Shown here: positions 1 through 10,355 of the stretch, piece after piece | Numbering within the stretch: the stretch's first letter is position 1 | How the letters are laid out: every line of letters begins with the position of its first letter | NCBI GenBank assembly: GCA_028047635.1 | Contig: JAOFXR010000009.1 | Coordinates: 14,902 to 78,901, forward strand | DNA length: 64,000 nucleotides | Direction of reading: 5' to 3' | Source of the DNA: Verrucomicrobiales bacterium | Lineage (GTDB): Bacteria > Verrucomicrobiota > Verrucomicrobiia > Verrucomicrobiales > DEV007 | The notes under the pieces: model-generated | Told to the model about the DNA's origin: nothing | The model's database searches: none | The model's input: the letters and a program-made list of their open reading frames with translations, nothing else | Program-made: the position numbers and the translations under genes

Positions 1-41
1 AGAGGGCGCATCACCCTTTTAACATAGGCGACACCATCCAT
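1..41 (-). CDS. 5' end of next operon gene (runs off window), possibly a HAD-family phosphatase
   Basis: ATG at 41, 2 bp after the GT4 stop, reading MDGVAYVKRVMRP; product guessed only from gpgS context. Confidence 0.3.
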   Translation of the reverse strand, partial: MDGVAYVKRVMRP

Positions 42-43
42 CT

Positions 44-1510
44 TCAATGACGCAGCAAATTCAATCGGGCTGGATCGAGGAACTGATCAAGAACCCTCTT
101 GGGATTGAGGTTGCTTACCTTTCCTGCGTGTCCCGAAAGCGCTCCAAGATAGGTCTTCTCCAACCGATCGCCATACTGCGAAGGGCTGTAAATCTCACGA
201 ATAATCCGAGCCCGCGATTCAATCGCTTCTCCTGAATCAGGCTCAAGCGCAGGAAAATCGACGTCTTTGAGTAGACCGGGATCTGCCTTCAACTTTCTCA
301 AAGCGACGGTCTGAAAAGATTCGTTCAAAACTCCGAAATCGATCTTTCCTTTCCTTACCCACGCTTTCCACGTTTGCTTCAATGCGGACTTGGACATCTT
401 TACATCATAGGCAAGATAGGTCTGACGAAGCACGGACTCGATCTCCGCCTTTAGTTGCTCAACATCAAACCAATCGACGGGAACATCGATTCGCTCGTAG
501 AGATTCCCGAGATCAACACCCACCTTTTCAAAATCTTTCGTGATACCCGGAAGATCTCGACCAATGACTGCCTTACCCGAAACCCATGGCTCGAGAAACG
601 CGAGACCGAATCCCTCGGCGACACTGGTGGTAACGAAGAAATCAGCCCATCCGACGAGATCGAAGAATTCATATCGTTCCCCTTCAGATATCCCCAGATC
701 AACCGGTAGCTCAAGCTCTTCAATCAATGCGCTCCAGTGGTTATGCGCAGGCATCCACTCTGGATTCTCCGGATTTAATGTCGTCGCAAAATCGACCTTA
801 TCGCCATAGATCAGAGCAAGCAGCAGCAACTCACCGATATTCTTACGGCGAATCCCTCTTGTCGGATAAAGCGCAAAAAGCCTATCTTTCGAAAACGGTC
901 GATCCTCAGGCGTTGTTGAGAATGGGAATTCGGTAATCGCGTTCGGAAGGACATGCAGGTTATGCTTCGAAACTCCTGCGTTCTTAAGAAAATCAAAGTC
1001 CCGCTGATTAATCGTCGCGTAATGAATCTGCTTGGCGGTGGGATAAAGAGTTCCTTCAAACCCGGACTCAGAATCAAAAAAGGAACGCTGCTTACTGTAA
1101 TTCCCGGGACGGCCATCTTCCGCAAAATCGTGTAATTGAAGCACGATCCTGGCACCCTCTTCCGCAAGAATTCCGATCAGTGTGGGGAACATCACATTCT
1201 TCGCGAGAGTCGGATTGTGAAAATGCCACACATCCGGCTCAGAACCAAAATGCGCACGGGCCTCGGCCTTCAACGCTTCAGCCAGACTGTCGGCGATGAC
1301 CGGACTTCCTGTATTCCGATAATCAAGCGCCTCGAGAACCCGAACAGATCCTGACATCCCTTCAAAAGTAGCCGCCTCACCAGTGATCACTAGGACATCG
1401 TGCCCCCGCGCGATCAACGCGCGTTGCGCGGCATCAATGACACGACTCACCCCTCCACGGCGGAGGTGGTAGTGCACGATAACCACTTTCATTTTTGTCT
1501 TATCGACCAT
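44..1510 (-). CDS. GT-B (GT4-like) glycosyltransferase, candidate mannosylglucosyl-3-phosphoglycerate synthase
   Basis: HYHLRRGGV N-terminus, TRGIRRKN, EGFGLAFLE (EX7E) motif; overlaps gpgS. Confidence 0.8.
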   Translation of the reverse strand: MVDKTKMKVVIVHYHLRRGGVSRVIDAAQRALIARGHDVLVITGEAATFEGMSGSVRVLEALDYRNTGSPVIADSLAEALKAEARAHFGSEPDVWHFHNPTLAKNVMFPTLIGILAEEGARIVLQLHDFAEDGRPGNYSKQRSFFDSESGFEGTLYPTAKQIHYATINQRDFDFLKNAGVSKHNLHVLPNAITEFPFSTTPEDRPFSKDRLFALYPTRGIRRKNIGELLLLALIYGDKVDFATTLNPENPEWMPAHNHWSALIEELELPVDLGISEGERYEFFDLVGWADFFVTTSVAEGFGLAFLEPWVSGKAVIGRDLPGITKDFEKVGVDLGNLYERIDVPVDWFDVEQLKAEIESVLRQTYLAYDVKMSKSALKQTWKAWVRKGKIDFGVLNESFQTVALRKLKADPGLLKDVDFPALEPDSGEAIESRARIIREIYSPSQYGDRLEKTYLGALSGHAGKVSNLNPKRVLDQFLDPARLNLLRH

Positions 1511-2486
1511 GTTTCTTTAAATATTCAGGCAAAGAGATCATAGGAGGACGTTCCTCTTCGACAATCTCTTTTCTTGTCAGTTCGTAACGATGTCCCTCAG
1601 CAAGGAACTGGCGAAACTGACCGTGCAAATCGGGTAAATCCGAGACCATTCCGTTCGCTTGAATACGATTAAGGAAAGTCTGGAGAATGCCAAACGACAT
1701 TTTCCCCAAATCGACGGTCGATTGATTTCGGTGAACCCGCTTGTCCAAATCCACCTGAGCAAAAGCATCGAGCCCCCTATCCTGATAGAGATCGATGACG
1801 TGAGAAGTTTCAACGCCATAACCAATAGGAAAATGCAACGTCTCAAGGACCGAACGTCGCACCGCATACTCTCCTGAAAGTGGCTGCATCAATGCCGTCA
1901 ATTCAGGAAAAAACATGGAGAAAAGTGGCCGAACCATAATCTCAGTGACCCTTCCCCCACCGGAAGGGCGAAGCTCATCTGAAAGCGCCAGAGGCCTGTC
2001 GTAAAACGCTTTCACATATTCGACCTTAGGGCGGTAGATAAGAGGAGCTACGAGAGCGCTCGCGAACCTTGGATGAATATTTTTGATGTCGGCATCCACA
2101 TAACAAATGATGTCGCCCTTCAGCTGATAGATCGCCTTCCACAAGTTTTCTCCTTTCCCGGGCTTATCTCCGTGTTCCCGCAAAATATCGGATGAAAGGT
2201 AAGTGTCAGCGCCAAAGCTTGCCGCAATTTCGAGCGTCCTATCAGTAGATCCCGAATCAATTACGGCAAGCTCATCAATAAGCGGATACCGATCCATCAG
2301 TTCACTTTTAAAAACGATCACCTCTTTCCCAATCGTCGCCTCTTCATTCAACGTCGGGATACAAAGACTTATCGTGAGGCCTGCTGCCTCCTTCGCCTTT
2401 ACCAGCTCCTGAATGTCCCAGAAATCAGAATGGTGGTAGGTATTGGTCTTTAACCACTGATCCAGTCTTATGTCAATATCACTCAT
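1500..2486 (-). CDS. gpgS: Glucosyl-3-phosphoglycerate synthase (GT81)
   Basis: IPTLNEE, GKGENLW, DAD, GGGRVTE, QPLSGEYA, GYGVE, RVHRNQ motifs. Confidence 0.92.
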   Translation of the reverse strand: MSDIDIRLDQWLKTNTYHHSDFWDIQELVKAKEAAGLTISLCIPTLNEEATIGKEVIVFKSELMDRYPLIDELAVIDSGSTDRTLEIAASFGADTYLSSDILREHGDKPGKGENLWKAIYQLKGDIICYVDADIKNIHPRFASALVAPLIYRPKVEYVKAFYDRPLALSDELRPSGGGRVTEIMVRPLFSMFFPELTALMQPLSGEYAVRRSVLETLHFPIGYGVETSHVIDLYQDRGLDAFAQVDLDKRVHRNQSTVDLGKMSFGILQTFLNRIQANGMVSDLPDLHGQFRQFLAEGHRYELTRKEIVEEERPPMISLPEYLKKHGR

Positions 2487-3628
2487 TCGTCGAAAGAGAG
2501 TTCATTGGAATCCATGAACTCTATCATGGCGACAATCTGCGCCAACCCATCAAAAACAGGGTCGAGTTCAATCGATTCATTTTGAAGGTGCCTATGTTCA
2601 CCCCGTGTCACCCCTAGAGTCAGGGCGGGAATCTGATGACCCAAAAGTGGAGCCAATTCTGAAATACTGGGAGTCTCTCGCACACCGATTCCCAGAACCT
2701 CAAGAACTGAGCGGGCTTCGACCACCAACCGATGACTCGAATCTAAACCACCGGGGTGGCGGTGAGCCAACATCTCGACCTGAGCGCTCAAGGCCGAAGG
2801 AGAATCAAAGCGGGTCACCAGATCAATAATATGTTTTTCCAGATCCGAAACCCGTGCCTCATCTGAACTCCGGATCTCAAAGCGAAGGCACCCTTGCACC
2901 GGAGGAACATTGTAGCCCGAAACCGCTTCGATCGATCCAACCAGAAGTTGAGACAAATCTCCCGCCTCCTCGCCAATCTTCACCAACTCGGCCCCCACCC
3001 GAGACAGAACATCGATCACACCGGTCATTCCGGGATCTGCTCCATCAGGGATTTCTATCGTAATTTTCCCGCGCGCCATTCCGAGACATTCAAAACTCAA
3101 CCGCCCCAGCTGCATCCCTTCGACACAAAGCGCGGCATCAATCGCCCGCTCTGTATTATCTAGAAAGAAGCGTATTCCGTGCAAATTACCCCGCCCGAAA
3201 CTGCTGGTGGTGCCCAACAGAATGAGATTCGATTTCAGAGAAACCCCGAGCAACTCAAGCGCCAAAGGTAAGGTTGCGAGAACCGCCACGCCAAGACTGT
3301 TATCAGCGATACCGCGACCACTCATGGAACCTGCGTCCACCGAAACGGTATGATCATCCGTTTCATTCCAGACTTTATCTGTATGCGCTGCCACTAGAAT
3401 ATTTCGCTGCATCGATTGACCTGACATCACACCCGCCGCGTTCCCCGATTCGTCGAGAGAAATATTATCGAGTCCCCCCTCCGTAAACCGATGACACAGA
3501 AAATCAGTCAACCGATCTTCCTTTCCGGTCGGTGCAGGGAGCTCCGCCGCCATCACCATATTTGCAAAAAGGACTTCGCGAAGAGACTTCAACTTTTCAC
3601 GATAGATAAGCGCTCGTTTTCCACTCAT
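2483..3628 (-). CDS. M20/M25/M40 metallopeptidase-family protein with degenerate active site
   Basis: AAHTD, GRGIADNS and C-terminal His present; usual EE motif replaced by SSF. Confidence 0.75.
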   Translation of the reverse strand: MSGKRALIYREKLKSLREVLFANMVMAAELPAPTGKEDRLTDFLCHRFTEGGLDNISLDESGNAAGVMSGQSMQRNILVAAHTDKVWNETDDHTVSVDAGSMSGRGIADNSLGVAVLATLPLALELLGVSLKSNLILLGTTSSFGRGNLHGIRFFLDNTERAIDAALCVEGMQLGRLSFECLGMARGKITIEIPDGADPGMTGVIDVLSRVGAELVKIGEEAGDLSQLLVGSIEAVSGYNVPPVQGCLRFEIRSSDEARVSDLEKHIIDLVTRFDSPSALSAQVEMLAHRHPGGLDSSHRLVVEARSVLEVLGIGVRETPSISELAPLLGHQIPALTLGVTRGEHRHLQNESIELDPVFDGLAQIVAMIEFMDSNELSFDE

Positions 3629-4428
3629 TCCTCTTCCACCGCCGCCTTTTCTCCATCGACCTCTTCCACCGCCTCTTGATCTTCTTCCACGTTCTTATTC
3701 TTTTCGGGTTCTTTTTCCTCAGGATCAGGCGTCACATACTCATCGTAATAAGCGGTTGCGCCGAGAAAAGAAACCGGCTCCCCTGAAAAGGGCGTCGCAG
3801 TAATCACGGGCCTTCCTGCGAGGGGGAAAAGAAGCGCTTCGGTGACGACTTTCTGACTAATCATCGCTCGCTTCGGACGAGGCGTCTCATGAAGCCAGAC
3901 CCGTCCAGTAATCCCCCAATTCTCTTCGTCCTCCAAAACGGAGAGCTCAAAGTGATAGGCCTCGCCGGGCTTCAATTCGACAACCACTTCCTGCAACACT
4001 TCGCCACGCCGAACCAGCTGCAACGTGTCACTTACTTGCACGGCGCGAATCTGAAATCCGTTTTCCCCATACAGCCCCACCCCGAATCTGGATTGAAGCC
4101 GCCCCTCTCCGGGGCCGCGGACGAGCGCCGTCATCGTCGCCCCCTTTTCTCTAATCTCAGGACCAAACTCCATCCATCCCTCAACCAGCGGTGAAGCAAA
4201 TACCTTTAACTTCTTAGCCGCAGCATCCACTTCCCACGTTCCTTTTTTAGGCGTCGACCCAACGGGATAGGAACCATCCCCACTGTTCTTGATATCAAGA
4301 TTCCCGGCCACCTTCGGCACAACCGCCTTCTCTTCCGGCGCGGGCACACTCTCCTTTGGTTGAGTCTCCGCGGTAAGCGAATCAACCACCCCCACAAGAA
4401 AAATAAAAACTAGAGAAAAACGACGCAT
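3625..4428 (-). CDS. Secreted hypothetical protein with acidic C-terminal tail
   Basis: Likely start ATG 4428 (TAATG overlap with permease stop); signal peptide MRRFSLVFIFLVGVVDSLTA. Confidence 0.65.
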   Translation of the reverse strand: MRRFSLVFIFLVGVVDSLTAETQPKESVPAPEEKAVVPKVAGNLDIKNSGDGSYPVGSTPKKGTWEVDAAAKKLKVFASPLVEGWMEFGPEIREKGATMTALVRGPGEGRLQSRFGVGLYGENGFQIRAVQVSDTLQLVRRGEVLQEVVVELKPGEAYHFELSVLEDEENWGITGRVWLHETPRPKRAMISQKVVTEALLFPLAGRPVITATPFSGEPVSFLGATAYYDEYVTPDPEEKEPEKNKNVEEDQEAVEEVDGEKAAVEEE

Positions 4429-7400
4429 TATTCTCTGCGAATCGCCTCCATAAGATCTCCACGCAACACGATTCGTGCTGCGACCCAGCAAAACACTAAA
4501 CCACCAAGTAAAACAGCCCCGTTGATGCCGGCTAAAAGAAGCCACGGCAACGATGATAGTCCTTTCGCTAAAAGAGGCCACACGGCAATCAACGCAGCAA
4601 CAAATCCGACAAGAACACCTGACACATGCAAAAACCAATGTTCGGACAAAACCATACCTGCGAGATCCCTCCGCGTAAATCCCATCGCCTGCATCACCCC
4701 CAATTGCCCTTTGCGTTCGAGCACATTACGACTCACGATGACCGCCAGCCCTAACGTTCCGAGAAATATCCCGAGTCCACCAAGGGTTGAGAAGATGCTC
4801 AGATAAGTATTTTGCACGGCATTGAACTCATTGAGTTTTTGAAAAGTGGGGCGCATCTCAAGACCTCGATCTCCAAACATTCTCGTTAAGTGAGAGGCGA
4901 GCGGTTCCAAAATTTCCGGCGACTCCCCATCGATAAGAAACAGCTGGTACCCACCGGCATCAGGGAAAAATTGAATGAAATTTGCCTCGGAAACAATCAA
5001 GGACCCCTGAAGCACCGAAGTATCGAGAAAGCCCACAATCTCAACCTCAAACGCAGCGCCTGAAACGGTCTCATACGAAACACGGTCCCCCAATCCAATC
5101 TGCAAGGCATAGGTCGCCGTATTCTGATCGATCACTCCCGGGATAACAGGAGGCGCCCCATCCTCAACTTCGATCATTCGATCCAAAAGCTTCCAGGGCC
5201 GCTTTGCTGCTTCAGCATCGACCATCTTCATGAAGGAGAAAGGATTAATTTCAGCAATAAGATCCGTCTGAACTCCTAGAAGTCGAGGACGCTGTGCCCG
5301 GTTCAAATTCAAACAACTGGCATCATCTCCATCGCTGACACGGAACGACAACGCCGAGAACCCCACTTCAACATCGTTGATCCCATACTTCTCCCAGGCC
5401 TCGGTGGAGTTGAGATCTTCATAAATCGGAAGTGTCGACTCACCGAAATAAGCAAAGCCTCCCGTGCCTGCCCCCCGGCGCTCCGCTCCACTTTCGCCAT
5501 TCAGACGAAACGAATTGATCGCCGTAACCATAAAGACACCTGAAGCCATCAGACCAATCACCGCCAAACTGCGCCCATGCCGTCTCACGGTATGCTGTCG
5601 CCCAAGAGCCCCCAGGGAAGTCAACACGGCAGACGGCTTCAAAAACCGGCGAATGAGCAATGAAAAAAAAGCGACTCCGGCAACGGTGAAAAGAAACCCC
5701 GCACCAAAGAAAAGGCCCTGCTCCGCCATCGTCCCCTCAAGCTTTGGCGCAAAGAGACAACCAAAGCCTCCAGCGAGACCGACAATCAATGAGACCCAAT
5801 CCCAGCGCCATTTGCGCTTTTTATCTGAGCTAATGTCTTCGACTCCCGCGATTAGGAATCCCGGTTGAATCGCGGTAACCCGTCGGCTTGCGAGACATAC
5901 GACGACGAGAGAAATAACCACCGTGGAGGCGAAGGCGATCATCAGCGTTTCCGGTTTCAAGTGGTAAACAAATTTAATTCCCGCAGCAGCCTCTTTCCAC
6001 ACCCCTGACATTCCATAAAGCGCGAGCCTGGTATAAACATAACCCAACAGAAGCCCTAACAAAGCCCCTGCAATCGAAAGCAAGAGCGCTTCGAGCAGGA
6101 AAACGCCACGAACCTTTTTCTTTGTCAAACCGACCGCAAGAAGAAGCCCAATTTGAGAAGCGCGCTGTTCAATACCAAAGACGAAGACGAGACCGGCGAG
6201 CACCAGTGCAGCAATGATCAGAAAGAAGCTCATGCTGGCGAAGAGCGCTCCGAAGTCGAACGAATTCGCGACCGCAGAGGCGGACTCAGCGGGAAGGTCC
6301 CGAACCACTATTCCGAGATCGCTCAGCCGAAGGTGCTCTCTTAGAGAATCTTGAAGAGGCTCATCTCCCCCTTTCATCTCATACCTGACCGCGGTTACCT
6401 CACCAAAGCGGTTACCCCACATTTCCTGGGCTGCCGCGAGATTGACAAATGCCTTGGGAGTGGCGCGGTAATCATCCCAAAAGGCATCGTCTTTATCCCG
6501 AATGCGATCTCTATCGATTGGGATTCCCGGCTCCCACTCATCCAAATTATCGACATCAAAAATCCCCGGAAACGCAGGAGTCCATGATTGATCCCAGCCC
6601 TGTTCGCCAATGGGCAACACTTTCGCGACACGAAACATCCGCTCTTTTTCCTCGAGCGCTCTTCCTGTGCTCACCACATTGTAGGTCAACCCTACCTCAT
6701 CCCCAACCACGACACCGAGGTCCTCCGCGAGCCAATCAGATACAATGATTCCATCATCTTCCAATTCTTGGTCAACGATCGCATTCAACGCAGGCCCCAC
6801 CCCCGAGACCATTGAATACGGAGTTGCCTTCTCACCGTTTGAAATAGAAGTGCCGAGATACGTGAGCACAGGGGATTCAACCTCAGCCACCTCGCCCAAT
6901 GCCTTAACAATCACCTCGTTAAAAAAGACACGTGAACTCGCGAGTTGATTCACATCACCATTCTCAATCGCACTCACCGTGAGCTGCAGATCATCGAGGC
7001 CCCAACTCGCATTGGTCAGCGCCTCCAATTTCTCAGCGCCGACGCTTTCATCGGCGAGTATCAAATTGGACCTTCCCGGCTGCTCCAAAAACTGCTGCAG
7101 CTTTGCGAGCTTTACGAAAATCGTCGAAGGGGGCACCTGCTCCGCTCTCAGAGAATAAAGACCAAACTGATCAGGGCCCAGGACATTGTTCACCTCAATC
7201 GTAAACGGCGTCGTCTGTTCCGACTCTCCTGACAAAGGCGCATCTTTCGAGAGCGCTCCGGGGAGTTCTACTCTCACAATGAGCGTCTCCGCCACTTCCG
7301 CCGCAACTCGACTTCCCAGCGACTCGTTGATCCCGATCCAATTTTCGTCGGCAAAACCGTCAGGTGCTTTACCCGACGGAGACAGCTTCCAGAAATTTTC

Positions 7401-7742
7401 ATCCACGCCCAAAATTTGAACCTTATTCGCCCGCTGGCCGCTTTTACGGTTCAAAACCGTTCCCTCCACTTGAATAGCGGATGCCAAAGCCTCATTAATT
7501 CCGCCAGCAGCGGAGGCACGCTCCGCAAGAGAATCCGAAAAATAACGCTCTCCACCAAGAAGAACGGGGCCAATCCCAGCGGTTCGGGCCGCCGCATTCT
7601 GCCGCAGGCTCTCCTTCACCGAATCACCAACGACGAGAGCACCGCTCAGAATTGCAGAAGTTAGCGCGACTCCAGCAAGAACCGAGAGATTAATCCATCG
7701 GTAATGAAAAAGAGAACGAGTTGCCAGTTTGACGAAATTCAT
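4428..7742 (-). CDS. Large ABC transporter permease (duplicated MacB/FtsX type)
   Basis: 1104 aa, two FtsX-like TM blocks (EQRASQIGLLLAVG; ERKGQLGVMQAMG). Confidence 0.88.
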   Translation of the reverse strand: MNFVKLATRSLFHYRWINLSVLAGVALTSAILSGALVVGDSVKESLRQNAAARTAGIGPVLLGGERYFSDSLAERASAAGGINEALASAIQVEGTVLNRKSGQRANKVQILGVDENFWKLSPSGKAPDGFADENWIGINESLGSRVAAEVAETLIVRVELPGALSKDAPLSGESEQTTPFTIEVNNVLGPDQFGLYSLRAEQVPPSTIFVKLAKLQQFLEQPGRSNLILADESVGAEKLEALTNASWGLDDLQLTVSAIENGDVNQLASSRVFFNEVIVKALGEVAEVESPVLTYLGTSISNGEKATPYSMVSGVGPALNAIVDQELEDDGIIVSDWLAEDLGVVVGDEVGLTYNVVSTGRALEEKERMFRVAKVLPIGEQGWDQSWTPAFPGIFDVDNLDEWEPGIPIDRDRIRDKDDAFWDDYRATPKAFVNLAAAQEMWGNRFGEVTAVRYEMKGGDEPLQDSLREHLRLSDLGIVVRDLPAESASAVANSFDFGALFASMSFFLIIAALVLAGLVFVFGIEQRASQIGLLLAVGLTKKKVRGVFLLEALLLSIAGALLGLLLGYVYTRLALYGMSGVWKEAAAGIKFVYHLKPETLMIAFASTVVISLVVVCLASRRVTAIQPGFLIAGVEDISSDKKRKWRWDWVSLIVGLAGGFGCLFAPKLEGTMAEQGLFFGAGFLFTVAGVAFFSLLIRRFLKPSAVLTSLGALGRQHTVRRHGRSLAVIGLMASGVFMVTAINSFRLNGESGAERRGAGTGGFAYFGESTLPIYEDLNSTEAWEKYGINDVEVGFSALSFRVSDGDDASCLNLNRAQRPRLLGVQTDLIAEINPFSFMKMVDAEAAKRPWKLLDRMIEVEDGAPPVIPGVIDQNTATYALQIGLGDRVSYETVSGAAFEVEIVGFLDTSVLQGSLIVSEANFIQFFPDAGGYQLFLIDGESPEILEPLASHLTRMFGDRGLEMRPTFQKLNEFNAVQNTYLSIFSTLGGLGIFLGTLGLAVIVSRNVLERKGQLGVMQAMGFTRRDLAGMVLSEHWFLHVSGVLVGFVAALIAVWPLLAKGLSSLPWLLLAGINGAVLLGGLVFCWVAARIVLRGDLMEAIRRE

Positions 7743-8425
7743 GAAAGAGGAACAATTTTTCCGTTCTTCAACGTTCTCGTTTCACCCACTCTACCTGCTA
7801 CATCCATATCATGGGTAACCACGATCAATGAAAGCGCTTCGGTTTCGTTTAACTCAACTAACAAGTCAACCAGGCGGTGGGCATTGTCTTCATCGAGCGC
7901 TCCAGTCGGCTCATCCGCGAGCAATAACTTCGGACGGTTAATTAAGGAGCGAACCACCGCGACTCGTTGACGCTCGCCTCCGGAAAGTTGCCCCGGATTA
8001 CTCTCGACCTTGTCGCCCAGGCCCACTCGCTTGAGCAAATCAAAAGCTCTTTCCGAAGCCTCCACCGGATTCACTTCTTTACCCAAAGCCAAAGTGGGAA
8101 CGAGAACGTTCTCCAATGCGGTGCACTGCGGAAGCAGATGATGCATTTGAAAAATGAATCCAATCGTTCGCGCCCGGATTGCCGAGAGAGCCTTTTCACT
8201 CATCCCACCCGTGGCGACGCCGTTGAGAGTGACCGCACCCTCTGAAGGGGTGTCGAGTGTCCCCAGGATATTCAGCAAAGTGCTTTTGCCACATCCTGAC
8301 GGACCAACAATCGAGAATCGCTCACCCGTGTTAACCTGCAGATCCAGTCCTTCAAGAATTTTCCTCTCGGGATTAGATTCGTACCATTTGGAAATGTTCT
8401 TCAGTTCGAGAATTGAGTCGCTCAT
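7739..8425 (-). CDS. ABC transporter ATP-binding protein (LolD/MacB-like)
   Basis: GPSGCGKST, LSGGERQR, LLADEPTG, VTHD. Confidence 0.92.
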   Translation of the reverse strand: MSDSILELKNISKWYESNPERKILEGLDLQVNTGERFSIVGPSGCGKSTLLNILGTLDTPSEGAVTLNGVATGGMSEKALSAIRARTIGFIFQMHHLLPQCTALENVLVPTLALGKEVNPVEASERAFDLLKRVGLGDKVESNPGQLSGGERQRVAVVRSLINRPKLLLADEPTGALDEDNAHRLVDLLVELNETEALSLIVVTHDMDVAGRVGETRTLKNGKIVPLS

Positions 8426-8431
8426 AGAAAA

Positions 8432-9709
8432 TTACTGTTTCAGCCAGCGTTTGGATTTAAATTCGTATCGGGGTAGAGATCCCGGCTCCACGAGGCGCAC
8501 TGGAATTCTTAAGGTAAAAGCATCAGCCAACTCGCGCGCGACACGCTCAGCAAGGTCGCCCGTTTTGCTAGCTGCGTCCCTGGCTTCGAGAGTCACTTCG
8601 AGTTCAGCCATCGATTGGCGCATCGTCTGGACGACCTGAAATTCAATGACTTCAGGAAATCCACGAATGATCTTTTCAACGGCAGTAGGATAAATATTCA
8701 CTCCGCGAATCACCACCATCTCATCGACGCGGCCGAGAATGCCACCCTCCAGACAAAAAGAAGGTTCTCCTCCTGAGGAATCTTCGAGGAACGCCTTCTC
8801 AACGAGATCGCCCGTTCGGTAACGTAAGAGCGGACAGGCCTTTCGGGTCAATGTTGTGATAACAAGTTCGCCCTGTTCTCCGGGCGCGACCTCTTGGTGG
8901 GTTTCGCGGTCTATCACCTCCACATAGTAGGCATCCTCAATCACGCAAAGACTGAGCGGCTTGTCAGGATGCTCATACGTCACGGGGCCGACCTCAGTCA
9001 TTCCATGATGGTCAAAAATCGAAGCCCCTTTCCACAATTCAGAAAGCCGCTCACGAACCGCAGGAATACTTCCCCCCGGCTCACCTGCGACGATAATTTT
9101 CTTCAGTCGATACGATGACATCTCATCATTTTCGTGGGTCGCAAAGTGCTCACCCAGCCGCAAGGCATAGGTGGGTGTGCAGCAAAGAACACCCGCGTCA
9201 TGCGCCACCATCGCCTGCAGCCTTGCCTTGCTACTGAGCCCCCCGCCGGGAATCGAGAGATTGCCTCGTCGCGTCGCCGATTCGAACGCGGTCCAAAAGC
9301 CCAGAAAGGGTCCAAATGAAAAGGCGAAAAAAACCACTTCACTGGTCTCGACTTGAGCCGCTTCATAGACGCGATCCCAGCAATCAAGCATTGCAGACCA
9401 ACTTTCCGTGGTATCCAGTGAGGGCAGCGGACCACGCGTCGTCCCACTACTTTGACAAAAGCGGGAATAATCACTTTGGGGATAGGTCAGGTTGGATCCA
9501 TAAGGAGCAAATTCTTCCCGATCCCAGACGAGATCCATCTTCGAGGTAAACGGCATGAGGCGGGAGAATTCCGCCAGAGATCCAATCTTCGAGTCAACAC
9601 CCGCAGACCGAAGTCGTGAACGATAGAAATCATTCCCCTTCAACAACTCACCAATGAGCCCTTGAAGCTTTTTGAGCTGTTTTGACTCAATTCGGGAACG
9701 ATCTGCCAT
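8432..9709 (-). CDS. Phenylacetate-CoA ligase (PaaK)-family adenylating enzyme
   Basis: SSGTT, HGMTE, RYRTGD, GRVDEM..IRGVN motifs. Confidence 0.85.
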   Translation of the reverse strand: MADRSRIESKQLKKLQGLIGELLKGNDFYRSRLRSAGVDSKIGSLAEFSRLMPFTSKMDLVWDREEFAPYGSNLTYPQSDYSRFCQSSGTTRGPLPSLDTTESWSAMLDCWDRVYEAAQVETSEVVFFAFSFGPFLGFWTAFESATRRGNLSIPGGGLSSKARLQAMVAHDAGVLCCTPTYALRLGEHFATHENDEMSSYRLKKIIVAGEPGGSIPAVRERLSELWKGASIFDHHGMTEVGPVTYEHPDKPLSLCVIEDAYYVEVIDRETHQEVAPGEQGELVITTLTRKACPLLRYRTGDLVEKAFLEDSSGGEPSFCLEGGILGRVDEMVVIRGVNIYPTAVEKIIRGFPEVIEFQVVQTMRQSMAELEVTLEARDAASKTGDLAERVARELADAFTLRIPVRLVEPGSLPRYEFKSKRWLKQ

Positions 9710-9772
9710 GATCCCTAGGTTAAGCCAATATATCGCGTCGATTCAAGCGACGAGAATAGAAAGTCGCGCCAC

Positions 9773-10327
9773 TCAACTTTTCGAATCGGTGGCCACAGCC
9801 TCGACTTTCGCGTGGCCGGCTGGAGCAGGCTCTGGCTTAAATTTCACCACGAGGTAACCACCAAGCGCAGCCATGCAAATCCCGAGAACGAAAGGCCAGC
9901 GAATCCCGGCAAGACCACCTGCGGGCGGGTGCATCACCATGGAAACAATCGCATTCACAATCGGAGCTCCTGCAAAGATAATCGACATGACGATCGCCGG
10001 AGCACTCTTGTTCCCCTGAGCGAAAAGCGCACCGAGAGACATCAAAACGAAAAACGCTCCAATCGCTCCGAGAATCCCTGCAAGCAACGAAAGCCACATC
10101 CCTTTTCCAGGGAAATTCCAGTCAGATCCGCGTGCCACCAGAATCGCTAGCGGAGCGAGGACTGCGGTCAGGAAATAGGCGACGCCGACAAAGAGAAACG
10201 CCTTGTAACGACCATTTGCCGGATCGCTCATCCCGATCTGGCCCATATGAAGAAAAATTCCGTAGAGTCCCCAGGTAAGGACGGTTCCGAGGGCAAAAAT
10301 AAGCCAGGCGTAGCTGTTCATGGGCAT
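9773..10327 (-). CDS. Five-TM membrane protein (DMT/EamA-like)
   Basis: Hydrophobic helices, WGLYG and APIVNA motifs. Confidence 0.65.
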   Translation of the reverse strand: MPMNSYAWLIFALGTVLTWGLYGIFLHMGQIGMSDPANGRYKAFLFVGVAYFLTAVLAPLAILVARGSDWNFPGKGMWLSLLAGILGAIGAFFVLMSLGALFAQGNKSAPAIVMSIIFAGAPIVNAIVSMVMHPPAGGLAGIRWPFVLGICMAALGGYLVVKFKPEPAPAGHAKVEAVATDSKS

Positions 10328-10355
10328 AATATTCTAGTGGTTTAAGTGCGAAAAG

